This document shows, piece after piece, positions 25,923 to 40,635 of a DNA stretch of 64,000 nucleotides (positions are counted from its first letter, which is position 1; each line of letters starts with the position of its first letter). The stretch lies in assembly GCA_951406725.2 (NCBI GenBank), contig OX597822.1, positions 26,288,001 to 26,352,000 of the forward strand. Direction: 5' to 3'. Below the pieces are notes generated by a model, which saw only the letters and a program-made list of their open reading frames with translations, was not told the DNA's origin and made no database searches. The translations under genes and the position numbers were made by a program. Source of the stretch: Octopus vulgaris. Lineage: Eukaryota.

Positions 25923-26784
25923 GTGTGTGTATATGTTTGTATGTCTGTATTTGTCCCCCCAACATCATTTGACAATATTACTCTGCTTGGAAATGGGTGA
26001 GGGGCGGCAACAGGAAGGGCATTCGGCTGTAGTGAATCTGCCTCAAAATAAACTCCATCCAATCCATACCAACATGGAAAAATGAGTATTAAAATGACAA
26101 TAAATATGATGAAGATCATCATCACTGTCTGTTTTCCCTGCTGGCATTTGTTGAATGGTTTGACAGGAGCCGGCCACAGAGGAGCCTGCACCAGACTTCT
26201 GTATCTGTTTTGAATGGTTTTTATGGCTGGATGCCTTTCTTATTTCTTTACTGCCCACAAGGGGCTACACACTGAGGACAGACAAATGGATTAAGTCAAT
26301 TATATCGACCCCAATGCATAACTGGTACTTATTTAATCGATCCCGAAAGGATGAAAGGCGAAGTCAACCTCGGCAGAATTTGAACTCAGAACATAGCGGC
26401 AGACAAAATATTGCTAAGCATTTCGCCCGGCGTGCTAACGTTTCTTCCAGCTCGCCATTCCCTTTCTTAACACTCAACAGAAGATGACAATGAAAATAGT
26501 TAAATTGGCTCGCAATTGCTTGACTTTAATCATCAACTTGCATGATCAAGGCTGATGTGGAACTAATAAACACCAAGCGTACATCATGATAACCATGATG
26601 TTTTGCTTTTATTGATACCAGTTTCTGTTTAAACTTTGGTCTCATGTTACATGAAATATCATCGCTTTTGTTCTCATGTGAACCCTACCTCTTTGTTCTG
26701 CCATTTAGCTGTGATTGGACACTTTTGTTTGTGTTGAATCTAGATAGGTTTGACTGCTTCAGCAATACTACTACATTCAGTAAG

Positions 26785-26829
<45 letters not shown>

Positions 26830-28466
26830 TATATGTATACACACACACCTTAAAATGACAGCTTTTGGATCCTTTGATATTTCTTGGAATAACATTCAGT
26901 GAGCCAGTATAAATATCATAGTGTTTTACCCAAACAAATCAGCTCTGGTACTTATTTTTATAAGCCTGGTACTTATTCTGCCAGCTTCTTTTTCCAAACT
27001 GCTAAGTTATAGGTACATAAACACACCAGCACTGGTTGTCAACACTAATCTTTGGATCATAAGCTAGACCCTCCAGTTTTTAGCAACCAGTTGCTTTTCC
27101 GGGCACTAATTCTAAGCGATTTCCAAGTAAGGTAATATTTACTCATGGCCAGATATGGTTTCACAGGATAGTGGAAATGAATGACATTCAGTCATGTGAT
27201 GTGAAGACAAGGAGATATAAACACTCTCACACACACACACTCATTTGAGTGTGTGTGTGTATTATTTAAGACAGTTTGATTTGGTTCTGCGCTACTCCAA
27301 GTTTTGCAGGCCTTGGTTTTACTGAATCCTTCAGGCTTTGGAATGCCAAAAGGAGAGATACAGGAAGTATATATATATATATACATTTTTGTATATATAT
27401 ATGTCTATCACCAATGAGATCAAGGAAAATCAAAATCCTATGATCTGATGGCCTTGGTGCTGGAGTTGGTGGGGAGTTATCTCCCTGCTGGCGATATAAG
27501 CATACAAACATGCTTTCTGCACCAAAAGCCTATATGAGAGTTTCTCTCGTGGTTTCCACCACAGTATAGTTTGTTCTAACAGAACATCCACATTTAAGTG
27601 AGGATAAATATTACCTCTCGGTATTAATCTGCCTTTATTCTTTTACTCTTTTACTTGTTTCAGTCATTTGACTGCGGCCATGCTGCAGCACCGCCTTTAG
27701 TTGAATCAAAGCCCAGCACGCTTCCACTGTGCCACTCTGCTAAACTGCCTTTGTCACTAATACATATAACAATTTAAATGCATATATAAAATGTATGAAG
27801 GAATATTGGTCAATGGCGAGGGTATTTGAACTCTTGATCATTATACCATTGGTTCAATTCTTTGGCCAAGTAGCACATTGTGTCCTTGAGCAAGGCACAT
27901 CATTTCATGTTGCTCTATTACACTCCAGTGAAAATTAGCCCCAATGTCACCTTTTGTGCTTTACCTTGTCATGGACTGACATCTTTCTCAGCCTAAACAT
28001 TTTAAAAACCATGACAACCTTTGACTCCATGATCTTGAAAGCAGACTTTCCGTCTATATTTAAATACATGTGAATGGATGTTCATGAATACACATACATA
28101 ACATGATTATACATCGTGGTCATCATCCTCATCATCGTTGTTGTTATCACCATTTAAAATCTGATTTCCATGTGAACATGGGTTGAACGGTTTGATAGGG
28201 GCTAGCGCAACAAAGGACTATGCCAACCTCTACTATGTGCTTTGGCATGGTTTCTACAGTTGGATGCCCTTCCTAATGTTAACCACTATACAGAGTGTAC
28301 TGGGTGCTTTTTACATGCCATCAACACCAGTGAAGCTACCAAGTAACATACATACATATATACATGTGTGCATGCGTGTGTGTGAATATATATATATATA
28401 TTGATAAAAATGGTAAGACAACAAAAGAAAGAAAGAGACCTCGATATTATGTAAATAGAGGAATTA

Positions 28467-28539
28467 ATCTGTAAATGTAATATGTGACAATTATTCAGTC
28501 ATGACTACCGAATAATAGTCACAAATTACTTTTACAGAT
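28467..28539. repeat. Short imperfect foldback (about 30-bp arms)
   Basis: atctgtaaatgtaatatgtgacaattattc / gaataatagtcacaaattacttttacagat. Confidence 0.75.
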
Positions 28540-28702
28540 ATATATATATATAGTTCATAGATGAGATCCAGATATCCTCTATATATAAATATATAAATAA
28601 ATATGTACACATACATACATACATACATGCATACATATATATATATACATATATATTTATATATATATGTGTATATATATATATATATGTATATATATAT
28701 AG

Positions 28703-28950
28703 TGGTTGTATAATGTCAACTCAGCGTGACAGTCCCATAAGGGAATTACACCACTGCCATTTAGCCCTAGGAAACATCGACGTTTCCTGTCGACTTTGAC
28801 ACATTTTCTGTGTCCTTATATTTGCAAAGGGGAGGCAATCACCCCCGCCAGCTGGGACTAGCACCTGAAGACATATGTTTCTGAGTCTATTGCTCGTCAT
28901 CAGTCCAGGGTAGTAAGTCTCGCTAGCTGAAATGGCTGCAACCTGTCTGC
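28703..28950 (-). mobile_element. Retrozyme-like non-coding unit (about 250 nt) carrying a hammerhead
   Basis: GC-richer non-coding block next to (TA)n. Contains the HHR at 28864-28909 with a long extended stem I (cagctgggactagcacctgaa / tccagggtagtaagtctcgctagctg). Confidence 0.6.
28864..28909 (-). ncRNA. Type I hammerhead ribozyme
   Basis: Minus strand reads CCTGGA-CTGATGA-cGAGcaatagaCTCa-GAAA-CATATG-TC-TTCAGG. GUC cleavage site and palindromic stem III; C.A mismatch at the base of stem II. Confidence 0.82.
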
Positions 28951-29035
28951 AAATATATCCTATTTTCAGTAAAATTTATTTACTGATCACCAAAATTAGA
29001 AATATTGAATTTCTAAATGTCTCAGAGAGACATGA

Positions 29036-29087
<52 letters not shown>

Positions 29088-29465
29088 AAACAAAGATGTA
29101 CAAGTGTCAATTCATTACAGCTGTTTCAAGTGACTCCTTTATTCGAGCAATGAAAACATTACATCATTATAAAGTAAACCATTCATGTCAGATGACTGCG
29201 TAGACCCCAAACCATAAAAGACAAGTTAGATATTTAAACATATTAATATCATCAATAGAGAGCAAATATTTACAATGATTCCACTGCTAAACTTTTTGGC
29301 AGAATGGAAAAAGGACATTACAGCGACAGACAAGCCAGAAATTAACATAGGCTAGAATGGCAGTGGGGAGGATGGATGAGAGTAGTGACCCTGTTATCTA
29401 GACATCGATGACAATAGGAAGAATGTAATCTTCAAAACATCTAAATTTAGATCTTTAGGGAGTTA

Positions 29466-29825
29466 GGATCTTTTCACTTTAACCGGTAGATTTTGAAAAT
29501 AATTTCTTTGTAACTAAACACTTTTAAACTGCGTATACTGGTAGAATGTGTCACATAAAACATTTTTTTCTTAGCATTCTTGAGAAAATTCTGTAGTTTG
29601 TAAACTATTTGTTGTTAAATTTGTTGTTGAACTTGTCGAAAAACAACAGCAGTAATTGTATTCACCTCAATAGACGTCATTGATTGGTTGAAATTGCCGA
29701 AATATGAGAAATTAAACAAGAAATAGCTTACAAACTATGTGACACATTCTACCAGTAACAAGTTTAAAAGTGTTTAGTTACAAAGAAAATATTTTTAGAA
29801 TCTGCCGGTCAAAGTGAAAAGATCC
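29466..29825. mobile_element. MITE with GGATCTTTTC TIRs and 8-bp TSD (Merlin-like)
   Basis: Long TIRs ggatcttttcacttt..; TSD gggagtta/aggagtta. Confidence 0.85.
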
Positions 29826-30231
29826 AGGAGTTATAAATTAATTAGTATCATGACAGATCCTTTTACTATCTGAGAAAATGGAGCTTAACATCTGGCTGTA
29901 TCAACACCAAAAGGGTAGATCATGGGGTGGTATACGAGAACATCTTGACACTTATACATCTTTGTTACTCATTTATATTTTGCTCACCTATCCTGGAATC
30001 TGCACTTCAGAAATATTTGGAAAGTATCTTTATATAAAGTACATATCTGAACAAACAAGTGCAGATGTATTCACTTAGTTGGATCATGCTATCTGCATAC
30101 ACTGCATGAATATTGAGTGGCAAAAATTCTATGTAGAATTTAATACACACCTAATGCTGTTTGAGTGTGTGAATAAGTTTGTCCGAACAAGATGCTTAAA
30201 TTTAAGTACCTAATTCAACTGAATCTAAATT

Positions 30232-30280
<49 letters not shown>

Positions 30281-30396
30281 TAATATTATTTATATATATT
30301 TATATATATAATGAAATTTATCTCTCACCAGATGGAGTACATTTTTTGTTGAATCTTCTATCAAGGATCAGTGCATATATATATATATATATACTC

Positions 30397-30633
30397 TCTC
30401 TTTACTCTTTTACTCTTTTACTTGTTTCAGTCCTTTGACTGCGGCCATGCTGGACCACCGCCTTTACTTGAGCAAATCGACCCCAGGACTTATTCGTTGT
30501 AAGCCTAGTACTTATTCTATCAGTCTCTTTTGCTGAACCACTAAGTAACAGGGATGTAAACACACCAGCATCGGTTGTCAAGTGATGTTGGGGGGACAAA
30601 CACAGACACACAAACACATACACACACACACAC

Positions 30634-30672
<39 letters not shown>

Positions 30673-30837
30673 CGACGGGCTTCTTTCAGTTTCCGTCTAC
30701 CAAATCCACTCACAAGGCTTTGGTCAGCCCGAGGCTATAGTAGAAGACACTTGCCCAAGGTGCTACACAGTGGGACTGAACCCGGAACCATGTTGTTCAT
30801 AAGCAATCTACTTACAACACAGCCACTCCTACGCCTA
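30397..30837 (-). mobile_element. SINE family A
   Basis: Family consensus match. Confidence 0.9.
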
Positions 30838-30839
30838 TA

Positions 30840-30911
<72 letters not shown>

Positions 30912-31645
30912 CATACATATATACACACACATATGTGTGTGTGCATGTGTATGTGTGTGTGTGTGCATATGTGTATGCATATATGTTCGTATGTATGTAT
31001 GTATTCAGAATCAAGCATCTGAATGGTCAGGAGTAATTTAGTGCTTTACTCCTTTGAAGTAACTTGATTCTGAGTCAAACTGTGAACACAAATAAATATA
31101 AGCTCAACAAAACATGTTGAGTGATCTTTTCCTTGGCTTGTATGACTATTAACTATTAACCCCATCTCACCTCTCTCTCTATTTATATACACATATATTT
31201 ATATACTTATATATATATACATATATATGCATACATGTACACATAAACACACACACACACACATATATATGTGTGTATATATATATATATGTGTGTGTTT
31301 GTGTGTGTGTGTGTGCATGTGTGTGTTTGTATATGTGTATATTTATGCATATCCCATATGTATCATGATAAGACAAACAACAACATACAAAATCCATCAA
31401 GCTTTTACATGTTAAGAATTTCAGAGAATCCCGTTTGTTACAGTAAAATAAACAACCAGGTACCAAAATAGAGAAAAATGGAAGATTGAAAAGATGATAG
31501 TAGGAATTATGGTATCAATGAATGGCTTTTTTGTTCCAAAGATGCTTCTCTTCCACTTAAAAGTTCAACTGCACTCAGATTCAGTTCCATCTCTGCATTC
31601 ATATAGATGTATATGAATGTGTGTGCATATGTGTTTGTAAATATA

Positions 31646-31735
<90 letters not shown>

Positions 31736-31796
31736 TATCTATCTATCTATCTATCTATCTACCTATCTACTGCTCTATCTATACATATATATATAT

Positions 31797-32188
31797 ATGA
31801 GCAAAATGCCGCCGCTGTCCAATGGACGGTGCTGAGTTGTCAAACATTTAAACCAAATTTTCTCAAAACAACTTGTCCTACCATCCCATTTTGTGGCATT
31901 ACTTTAAGCCAGCCAGTTTTTGTTTTGTGTGCAAACTGCATGTGCATTTTTCTTGCATACTCGTAGTATTGATCGCAACAGCAGATGTACTTGCACATAC
32001 AAATGCACGTTCCCACGGCTTTATCGATTGCATTCTCACTTGGAATCGATTTTTATAAATTTTTCAAGACTTATTCATGCCCTGATACCGTCGATATCTA
32101 CATATCAAATTTGCATGCAATGGGATGGAGGATGCCTGAGATCCTAGAAGACACACACAGACAGACAGAATGGATTTTATATAATAGA
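31797..32188 (-). mobile_element. Probable Helitron-like non-autonomous element (different family)
   Basis: (GACA)n-ttttatataatAGA end like the other Helitrons. Hairpin ctgtcc-aat-ggacgg near the opposite end; CTAG degenerate. Confidence 0.5.
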
Positions 32189-32202
32189 TATATATATACA
32201 TA

Positions 32203-33486
32203 TTGGGTCACCCCATTAATAATGCAGTTTTTCAATTGCATGAACTAAATGTCAGAGGGGAAAGAGATAAACTAACTGCATTAACTTACTATAAAAGCAG
32301 GTAGTAATTTTACCTTATTTTATTCTTGGTGCAAGTTTTGATGAGTGCAGTTCGATTTTAAGTTATTTTTTCAAAGCTATAATGGAAATGACAAAGGAGT
32401 ATATTTGGCATATTATGCTTTATGAGTTCAATAAAGGCAACAATACAACAAAAAGTGAGAGAAATATTAATGCAGTACATGGGGATTGGGCAATAAGCGT
32501 AAACCAGTGTCAACAGTGGTTCCAGAAATTCCAAGCTGGAAACTACATCCTAGAAGATAAGCCTTGTCTTGGAAGATCTGTAGAGCTCGGCAAGGACGTC
32601 CTGCGAACTCTGGTGAAACAAAATCCCATTGTAACTGTCAAGGAAGTAGCAGAAAATATTGGATTTGGTCATTCAACCATTCATCGACACCTTCATGCCA
32701 TTGGAAAAGTCAGCAAATTGGATTAATGGGTTCCTCACAAACTTTCCAAGTCTAATCCCATGCAGAGAGTGAATGTGTGATCTTCTTTGCTGTCATGTCT
32801 CAAGAATGAACCTTTACTGGACCGAATAGTAACTGGTGATGAGAAATGGGTTCTCTATAAAAATGTCAAGCGCCGAAGACAGCGGGTAGGGAAAGGAGAA
32901 ACACCAGCAGCCCAGGCTAAAGAAAGTCTTCACCCACGTAAGGTGTTGTTATCTGTTTGGTGGGATATGAAAGGTTAAGTCCACTTCGGACTTTTAAATT
33001 CAAACCAAATGATAGCAAAGGAGATCTACTATAAGCAGCTTGAGGGGCTTATGTCAGTGCTAGAAGAAAAACAACCATCTTAGCTTTCAAGACGAAAGGT
33101 GTTCTTCCATCAGGATTATGCTCGGCCACATACAGCAAGGATGACATTTCAAAGGCTGGAGCAGTTTGAATGAGAAACGATGCCCTACCTACCATATTTG
33201 CCGGACATTGCCTCATCTGATTATCATTTATTCTGCAGTCTTCAAAATCATTTACACAGAAAAAATATTAATTTTGTAGATGAGGTCAGAACAGTACTGG
33301 AGGAGTATTTTTCATCACGGACAAGTGAATTTTGAAAGAGAGGCCTTGCAAGCCTACCAGGTAGATGGAAGTGCATTGTAGAAAATGAAGGAGAGCATAT
33401 TTTAAATTAAAAAAGAACTTTGTTTATCTTAATTTTGAAAAATAAAAGAAGTATAGAAAAACTGCATTATTTATGGGATGACCCAA
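32203..33486 (+). mobile_element. Full-length inactive mariner (DD34D) transposon
   Basis: TIRs ttgggtcaccccattaataatgcagtttt / aaaactgcattatttatgggatgacccaa, with TA at left. Transposase 32382-33410 has WVPHKL, VTGDEKW, HQDYARPH and PYLPDIASSDYHLF, plus several stops. Confidence 0.95.
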
Positions 33487-33664
33487 CATATATATATATA
33501 TAATGCATTATATGTACATACTTATAAATATATATATATATATATGTGTTGTGTGCATATATATATATACATGCACATTTATATATGCAAACTTTGAACA
33601 ACCAGTTGTTAGTTGTTTGGAGGTCTTAGTGCTACTAACTATGGTTTACTGAGGAGTTTTAATA

Positions 33665-33699
<35 letters not shown>

Positions 33700-33708
33700 C
33701 ATATATAA

Positions 33709-33833
<125 letters not shown>

Positions 33834-34764
33834 CATTATATATGTATATATATGTGTGTGTGTGTGTGTGTTTGTGTGTAATGATAGCACATGTTTGTGC
33901 ATGTGTATGTGGGGCAGAGTTGTGGCTGTTTCTATATGTGTGTGGCTTAATGTCTAGAAAGAATTTTAGTATCAGTGGCTGTCTGTTGTGTGTCTCCTTC
34001 ACATGTATAGGAGAATGGTCAGTAGAAAGGTGTTTAACTGGTAGTTTGAAGTATGTGTGTGTGCGTGTATATGTTGTGTGTGTTTTTTTTGTGCAGTGAG
34101 TCTCTCTGCGTGTGTGTGTATGGGAGGTATGTGTGGGTTCATTTGCGTGTGCGTGTGTTTGTATGTGTGTGCATGTGTATATATGTGTGTGCATGTGAGT
34201 GTATGTGTGTGTACATGTGTGTATGCATGTGTGTGTGTATTTTATGTGTGTGTGTGTGCATGTGTATGTGTGTGTGCACGCGTGTGTGTAAACGGGGGGT
34301 TATGTGGGGAGGTACATGTGCATTAGCACACACACACACACACACATGAACACACACACACACACAAACTCATAGACATACAGATTGATATCTTTCTTAT
34401 GGGTCTATGAACTGCATCTGAAAGATCACAGATGTATTTTTCATGCGGATGTGAAGCTTTCATTAAAGCCATAATTAATCATTAACTGCCTAATTATAAA
34501 TACATACTCTGCAGAATATATTAAGTTGCTCTCTTCTTATATTTGTACAGATAAATGTTTGTATTTGCTTGTGTATACATACATGCATACATACATACAT
34601 ACATACATACATACATACATGCATACATACATATATACATACATATATACATATATACATACATACATACATACATACATGCATACATACATACATACAT
34701 ACATACATGTGTATGTGTGTGTGTCTGCATGTGTGTGTGTATGTATATATATATAGAGAGAGAG

Positions 34765-35212
34765 ACGCAGGTGTGGTTTTGTGGTAGGTAGCTTGCTTAC
34801 CAACCACATGGTTCCGGGTTCAGTCCCACTACGTGGCACCTTGGATGAGTGTCTTCCACTATAGTCTCGGGCCAACCAAAGCCATGTTATTAGATTTGGT
34901 AAACAGAAACTGAAAGAAGCCCATCGTATATGTTTGTATGTGTGTGTGTGTGTGTGTGTGCGTGCGTGCATGTGTGTGTGTGCATGTGTGTGTGTGTGTG
35001 TGTGTGCTTGTGTGTGTGTGTGTTTCTCCCCCAACTATCATTTGACAACTGATGTTGGTGTGTGTCTATGTCCCCATTACTTAGCGGTTTGGCAAAAGAG
35101 ACTGATAGAATAAGTACTAGGCTTACAAACAATAAGTCCTGGAGTTGATTTAATCGACTAAAGGCGGTGCTCCAGTATGACCGCAGTCAAATCACTGAAA
35201 CAAGTAAAAGAA
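34765..35212 (+). mobile_element. SINE family A
   Basis: Family consensus match. Confidence 0.9.
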
Positions 35213-36689
35213 TATGTACATATATATAAATATAAAGACATATATATATATATATATATATCAATACATACATACTTGTGTGTGAATGTATGTGCATGTA
35301 TCATCATCATCATCATCATCATCGTTTAACGTCCGTTTTCCGCGCTAGCATGGGTTGGACGGTTTCGACCGGGGTCTGGGGAGCTAGGGACTGCCCCAGG
35401 CTCCAGTCTAGTCTGGCAGTGTTTCTACAGCTGGATGCCCTTCCTAACGCCAACCACTCCGCGAGTGAAGTGGGTGTTTTTTACGTGCCACCTGCACAGG
35501 TGCCAGAGGGGTCTGGCATCGGCCACGTTCGGATGGTGCTTTTTAGGTGGGGGGGGGGGGGCAGAATTATAGGGGAGCACCAGTGGGGAGGGGTGGTTCA
35601 GTGAAATGATGACAGGTTCTAGGCAAGTAGAACGTAGGATATCAAGAGAGGGGTAATGCATGGTGAAATAGCGTATTGAAGAGGGGGTTCGAAGAGTAGA
35701 CACCTATAATGGTGGTGGGAGAAGCGACATCCGGTATAGATGGAGCAAAAATATAGAGATATCCGGTATTGGTGGTGGGGGTGGGCAGGGCGGGTGCACC
35801 GTGAATACACGATGGTTGATTATAGACGAGAGGAGAAATGGATAAATTAGTTTAAATAATTAGATAGATAGAGAAATTAGATAAAAATAGTTAGATAGAT
35901 AAGAAAGCATGTATGATCGATCGAGAAGTGAAAATAAATAAGCATTCAAACTTATCTGCGCTCGGGTGCTAGATGAATGAATGAGAGAGCAAATGTTGGG
36001 GCTGCCTTTTTAAGTAAAAGTTGTCCGGAAGAGGAATTTTTGGACAAGGCGGAAGTGTATTAAAGGAAACAGGCTTCAAGATGGCGAATACACGATGGTT
36101 GATTTATATATATATATATATATATGCAAGAAAAAAAGAGAAAGTGAGATAGAGACATGTAAGTAAATAAACATATCAATATATATATATATACATATAA
36201 ATATATATATATATTATATATCGTATATATAAATATTATATCCTGGTAAATGGAAGATGGATATGTGCGTGTGTGTGCGAGCGCATACATCTGTATCCAT
36301 ATTCAAAAACAACCATTTAACCTATAGCACATCTGCTTCTCTGTTTCTAATATCCACCTCCAAGGCAGGATGTATAGATTTCCTGCTCACTGTTGTCTAG
36401 TTTCATCATTATATTGTTGTATGGAACATAAGAAAAGCCAAGTTCATTGCTAGGAATTAATCATGCTTTACACAGCTATTTCTCTCAGTTGTAATTTATT
36501 ACATCTTTGCGACCTTCCATACCTGGTAATGCATGCATACCAGGTTAGCAATGAAGCCAATTATGGTAGAGATGGTAGTGGTGGTATAGGAATGGTTAGG
36601 AACAGGAAGGGAGACAGGTTGTCAAGTAAAAGTCATTGCTGCTGGTTGTTTTGGTTTTAGGCCAGTCCTGATCAAGCAGATCATCTTCA

Positions 36690-37160
36690 TCATCATCATC
36701 ATCGTCGTTTAACGTCCGCTTTCCATGCTAGCATAGGTTGGACGGTTCAACTGGGGTCTGGGAAGCCAGGAGGATGCACCAGGCTCCAGTCAGATCTGGC
36801 AGTGTTTCTACAGCTGGATGCCCTTCCCAACGCCAACCACTCCGTGAGTGTAGCGGGTACATTTTACGTGCCACCAGCACAGGTGCCAGGCAAGGCTGGC
36901 AACAGCCACAATCAGTTGATGCTTTTTACGTGCCACTGGCATGGAAGCCAGTCAAGGCAGCGCTGGCATCAGCCACGTTCGGATGGTGCTTTTTACGTGC
37001 CACCGGCAAGGGTATCACAACTACAATTTAGATTTGATTTTTATTTTGATGTTGATGTACTTGACTCAACAGGTCTCTTCAAGCACAGTAGGTCACCCTA
37101 CGATCCATAGTAAACACAGCAGGCCGTCCTGCAATCCAAGGTACTTTGGATGGGCTGGGG
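36690..37160 (-). mobile_element. SINE family B
   Basis: Family match. Confidence 0.85.
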
Positions 37161-37519
37161 ATATATATATATATATATATCAAAAGGATGTGTTATAATA
37201 CTACTCCACAGCTATACCAATAATCTAACATACCTCCATCATCAGCTGCCCAATGGATATCATTATGGTTTCGACACCTGCAAAGTACTATTCAGTCTGG
37301 CAGTGTTAACACCACTAAAATAAGTGTTGTTTGGGAACAAACAAACCAAAGAAACCACTATTTTCAAACACATTTACCCGATGTACAACCATATCGATAA
37401 ATAAATTCAATAAGTAAATTACTACCCCTCCTAAATACATAATGAAACAGCGACAACTCTATTAAGTCATACAAAGTTTATAATCCTTACTGTCATATAT
37501 ATATATATATACACAACTA

Positions 37520-38897
37520 AATTGTTGTCTAAATTATGCAAAAATGAAAATATCTCTGACATCTCTTTTTAACAGATATTTACCAAAATTGCATAAGAAT
37601 ATCTTGAAATACTAAAGAGTAAATTTATTCAATAAAATCCCCATTGGCTTCAACCATGGCCTCCAGACGACTTAGGAATCTTCTGAAATTCTTCTAGATG
37701 GTCTCTTTGTTTAAGTTGAATAAATTGTGGTGAATAAATTGTCTAAATTACGCAAAAATGAGAATAACACTAACATCTCATTTTAACAGATATATTAATT
37801 ACATAAAAATATTTTGAAACACTAAAGTGTAAATTTTTTCAGTAAAATCGCCATTGGCTTCAACCACAGCCTACACGCGATTTCAAAATCTCCTGAAATT
37901 CTTCTGGACAGTCTTCTTGTTGAAGTTGGTAAATGCTGCCATAATCCTTACCTTCAGTTCATTTTTGGTGTCAGAAAGAATTTTGTTGGTCTCTCGCTCA
38001 AATGCACCCCACACACCAAGAGAGTTGCAGTCTGAGGAATTAGGTGGCCAGATGTTCGGGGTGATGTGGTCGCAGAAATTGTTTGACAGCCATGACTAGG
38101 TTCTCCTGCTTGTGTGGCATAGTGCAGAGTCATATTGCCAGACATAGGGTCTTCCAGCAGCCACCCTCTTGACCCAGGGCAGAACTACCTGCTCCAGGCA
38201 CTTGATGTAGGCCTCCATGTTGAGTCTGAGGCCGTATGGGAAGATAAATGGAAGCATAGCATTGCCATCATTAGCAGTCACTCCAAACACCATGATGTTG
38301 ACAGGGTGTTTGATTGTTATCACTCTCAGTACATGTTTTGGGGACATGGTAAGCCGACGGTTGTTATGTTTGTTCACCATCTGATCCTGGCAGAAATTTT
38401 TCTCGTCTGAGAGAAACCAAAGCATGTTTGGTTGGAGAGGATGCTTGAGTTTGTTCTAAAACTTCATAGTGCAGTCTTTTCTCATGTCTTTCATGGCTTG
38501 CGATAAAAATTGGCCCTTTTTCATCTTGCATGAAGAATACCAAATGTCTGATAAGAAACTCAGACACTCCCATGTCCCTGGCAAGGGACCTGATTGACTT
38601 GGAGGGATTATTGTCAATCATGATCTGAATCTCACCAATAATTTCAGGAGTTCTTTTCTAATCAAAACGATCAGAGTGAGATTACTTTTGTAATCACCAT
38701 TAGACTCATCCACCTCTTTCCGAATCCTCTGCACCGTCCTCAGATTGACAACCAAACACTCTGAAATGTTTGTATTGAAGCCTCCAGTGCGAATGCCAAG
38801 CAGTACAGCATGTCTTTTCCAAATTTCTGGCAGAATGAATTGTGTCATGGTGCTGTTTTTCTCACAAACAATGCCCAACTGACCTTACTATACTGTA
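37520..38897 (-). mobile_element. Degraded Tc1/mariner (maT/DD37D-like) transposon with a duplicated 3' end
   Basis: Minus-strand fragments SIRSLARDMGVSEFLIR, WFLSDEKNF, MVFGV, YVWQYDSALCHTS and WPPNSSDCNSL. 37520-37720 repeats 37735-37930. Confidence 0.85.
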
Positions 38898-39530
38898 TAG
38901 GGAGGGTTGGTATGCATGGGCGACTGCTGGTCTTCCATAAACAACCTTTCCCAGACTTGTTCCTCGGAGGGGAACTTTCTCAGTGCAGTCCCATGGTTAT
39001 TCATGACTGAAGGTAGTCTTATCCTTATCCTTACATATAAAGATAGATACACGCAGACAGGTTCTAGAAAATATTAATAGTTTGATCTGTAAAAATTAGA
39101 GCATTTTTACATCACATTTATTTGCCTTCGACAATTTTACTCCTATTTTACCAATATCTACCTGATAATTTCTAAGAAGTGTTATGTATAATGATGATAT
39201 AGTGATAGTCTCTTGTATTCCAAGAAAGACAGTTCTGTAATTTCTAGCTGAACAACGGGCACAGATGATTTGTGTTTAACAATGAAATGTATGAGCTGTG
39301 CGTAAGCTCATTCCCTCCATCAAATCAACATTGCTTGAACAGGTTCACATTGCACCACACACCAGGTGTCGAAGCAATTGCAGAGCAATGTGAGATAAAG
39401 TGCTTTGCTCAGGACCACAATGCACCACCCGGTCCAGGAATTGAACCGATGATCTTGGGATCATGAGTACAAGACCATAACCACCAGGCCATGCATGCTC
39501 ACGTGAATTACAATAATAATAGTTATAATT

Positions 39531-39741
39531 ACTTTTACTTGTTTCAGTCATTTGACTGTGGCCATGCTGGAGCACCGCCCTTAGTCAAGCGAATTGACCC
39601 CCAGGACTTATTCTTTGTAAGCCTAGTACTTATTCTATCGGTCTCTTTTGCTGAACCGCTAAGTTACGGGGACGTAAACACACCAGCATCGGTTGTCAAG
39701 CGATGTTGGGGGGACAAACACAGACACACAAACATACACAC

Positions 39742-39785
<44 letters not shown>

Positions 39786-39919
39786 GACAGGCTTCTTTGA
39801 GTTTCCGTCAACCAAACCCACTCACAAGGCTTTGGTCAGCCCAAGGCTATAGTAGCACTGAACCCAGAACCATGTGGTTGGTAAGCAAGCTACTTACCAC
39901 ACAGCCATTCCTACACCTA
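39531..39919 (-). mobile_element. SINE family A
   Basis: Family consensus match with a small internal deletion. Confidence 0.9.
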
Positions 39920-40635
39920 CAATGGCAAAAATATCTACATTTTGCTTTTGTTTCTAGTTTGCAAGATTCTTCATGTGATTTGTGTATTGTAACAGATTTT
40001 GTTGTATCTTTGGAGGATCATTATGCCAATAAAAGACTAAGAAAACCAGAGCAGAGAAGGCCGGTCATTAAATAGATCACAAATGACCATGTAAAGACTC
40101 TGAACAAACCAAACTGACTGACTGATTCACCAAACAATCAATCAAACAAGTGATTAGTTAATTAGTTGAATGGTTAATAAGTTAACAAATAATGACAAAA
40201 GAAGTGAAATAGAACCAATGCATGTATTTATTACACTATGTAAGATGATCTTTGTTCTTGTGTAGCAACTTTTAATTCCTATTTGCTAAACACTAGAATG
40301 TATGAAAACTGGCTAATATTTCCTTTAAACTTTGCTTTTCTTACATCTATTCAAACCCCAAAGAATCCCTCTCAACACATCACTATGATGTACCCCCACT
40401 ACTCCTGCTCATGATCAGAGATGCACATATTGTCAGCCACTAAGGGATATGGTGATGTGGTTATGGTCAAGCAAATGACAAACAAATCTGTGTTCGTGAG
40501 CAGAATATTTGCCAAAACGATATTTCTGCTTCAGCAACTCAGCACTGAATCTGCCTGAAATGTAATGGGAAATAGGGTCAGTTTCAAAACATTGATGTCC
40601 AGGTCACTAAAGCAAAGTTTAAAGGGAATCGTCCT

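Noticed and set aside
15745-29130. Further HHR halves (GAAAC(A/G)GCTGTA at about 15745-, 19772+ and 29115-)
   Set aside because: Only the GAAA, stem III and UA half is present, with no matching CUGANGA; probably decayed pLTRs.
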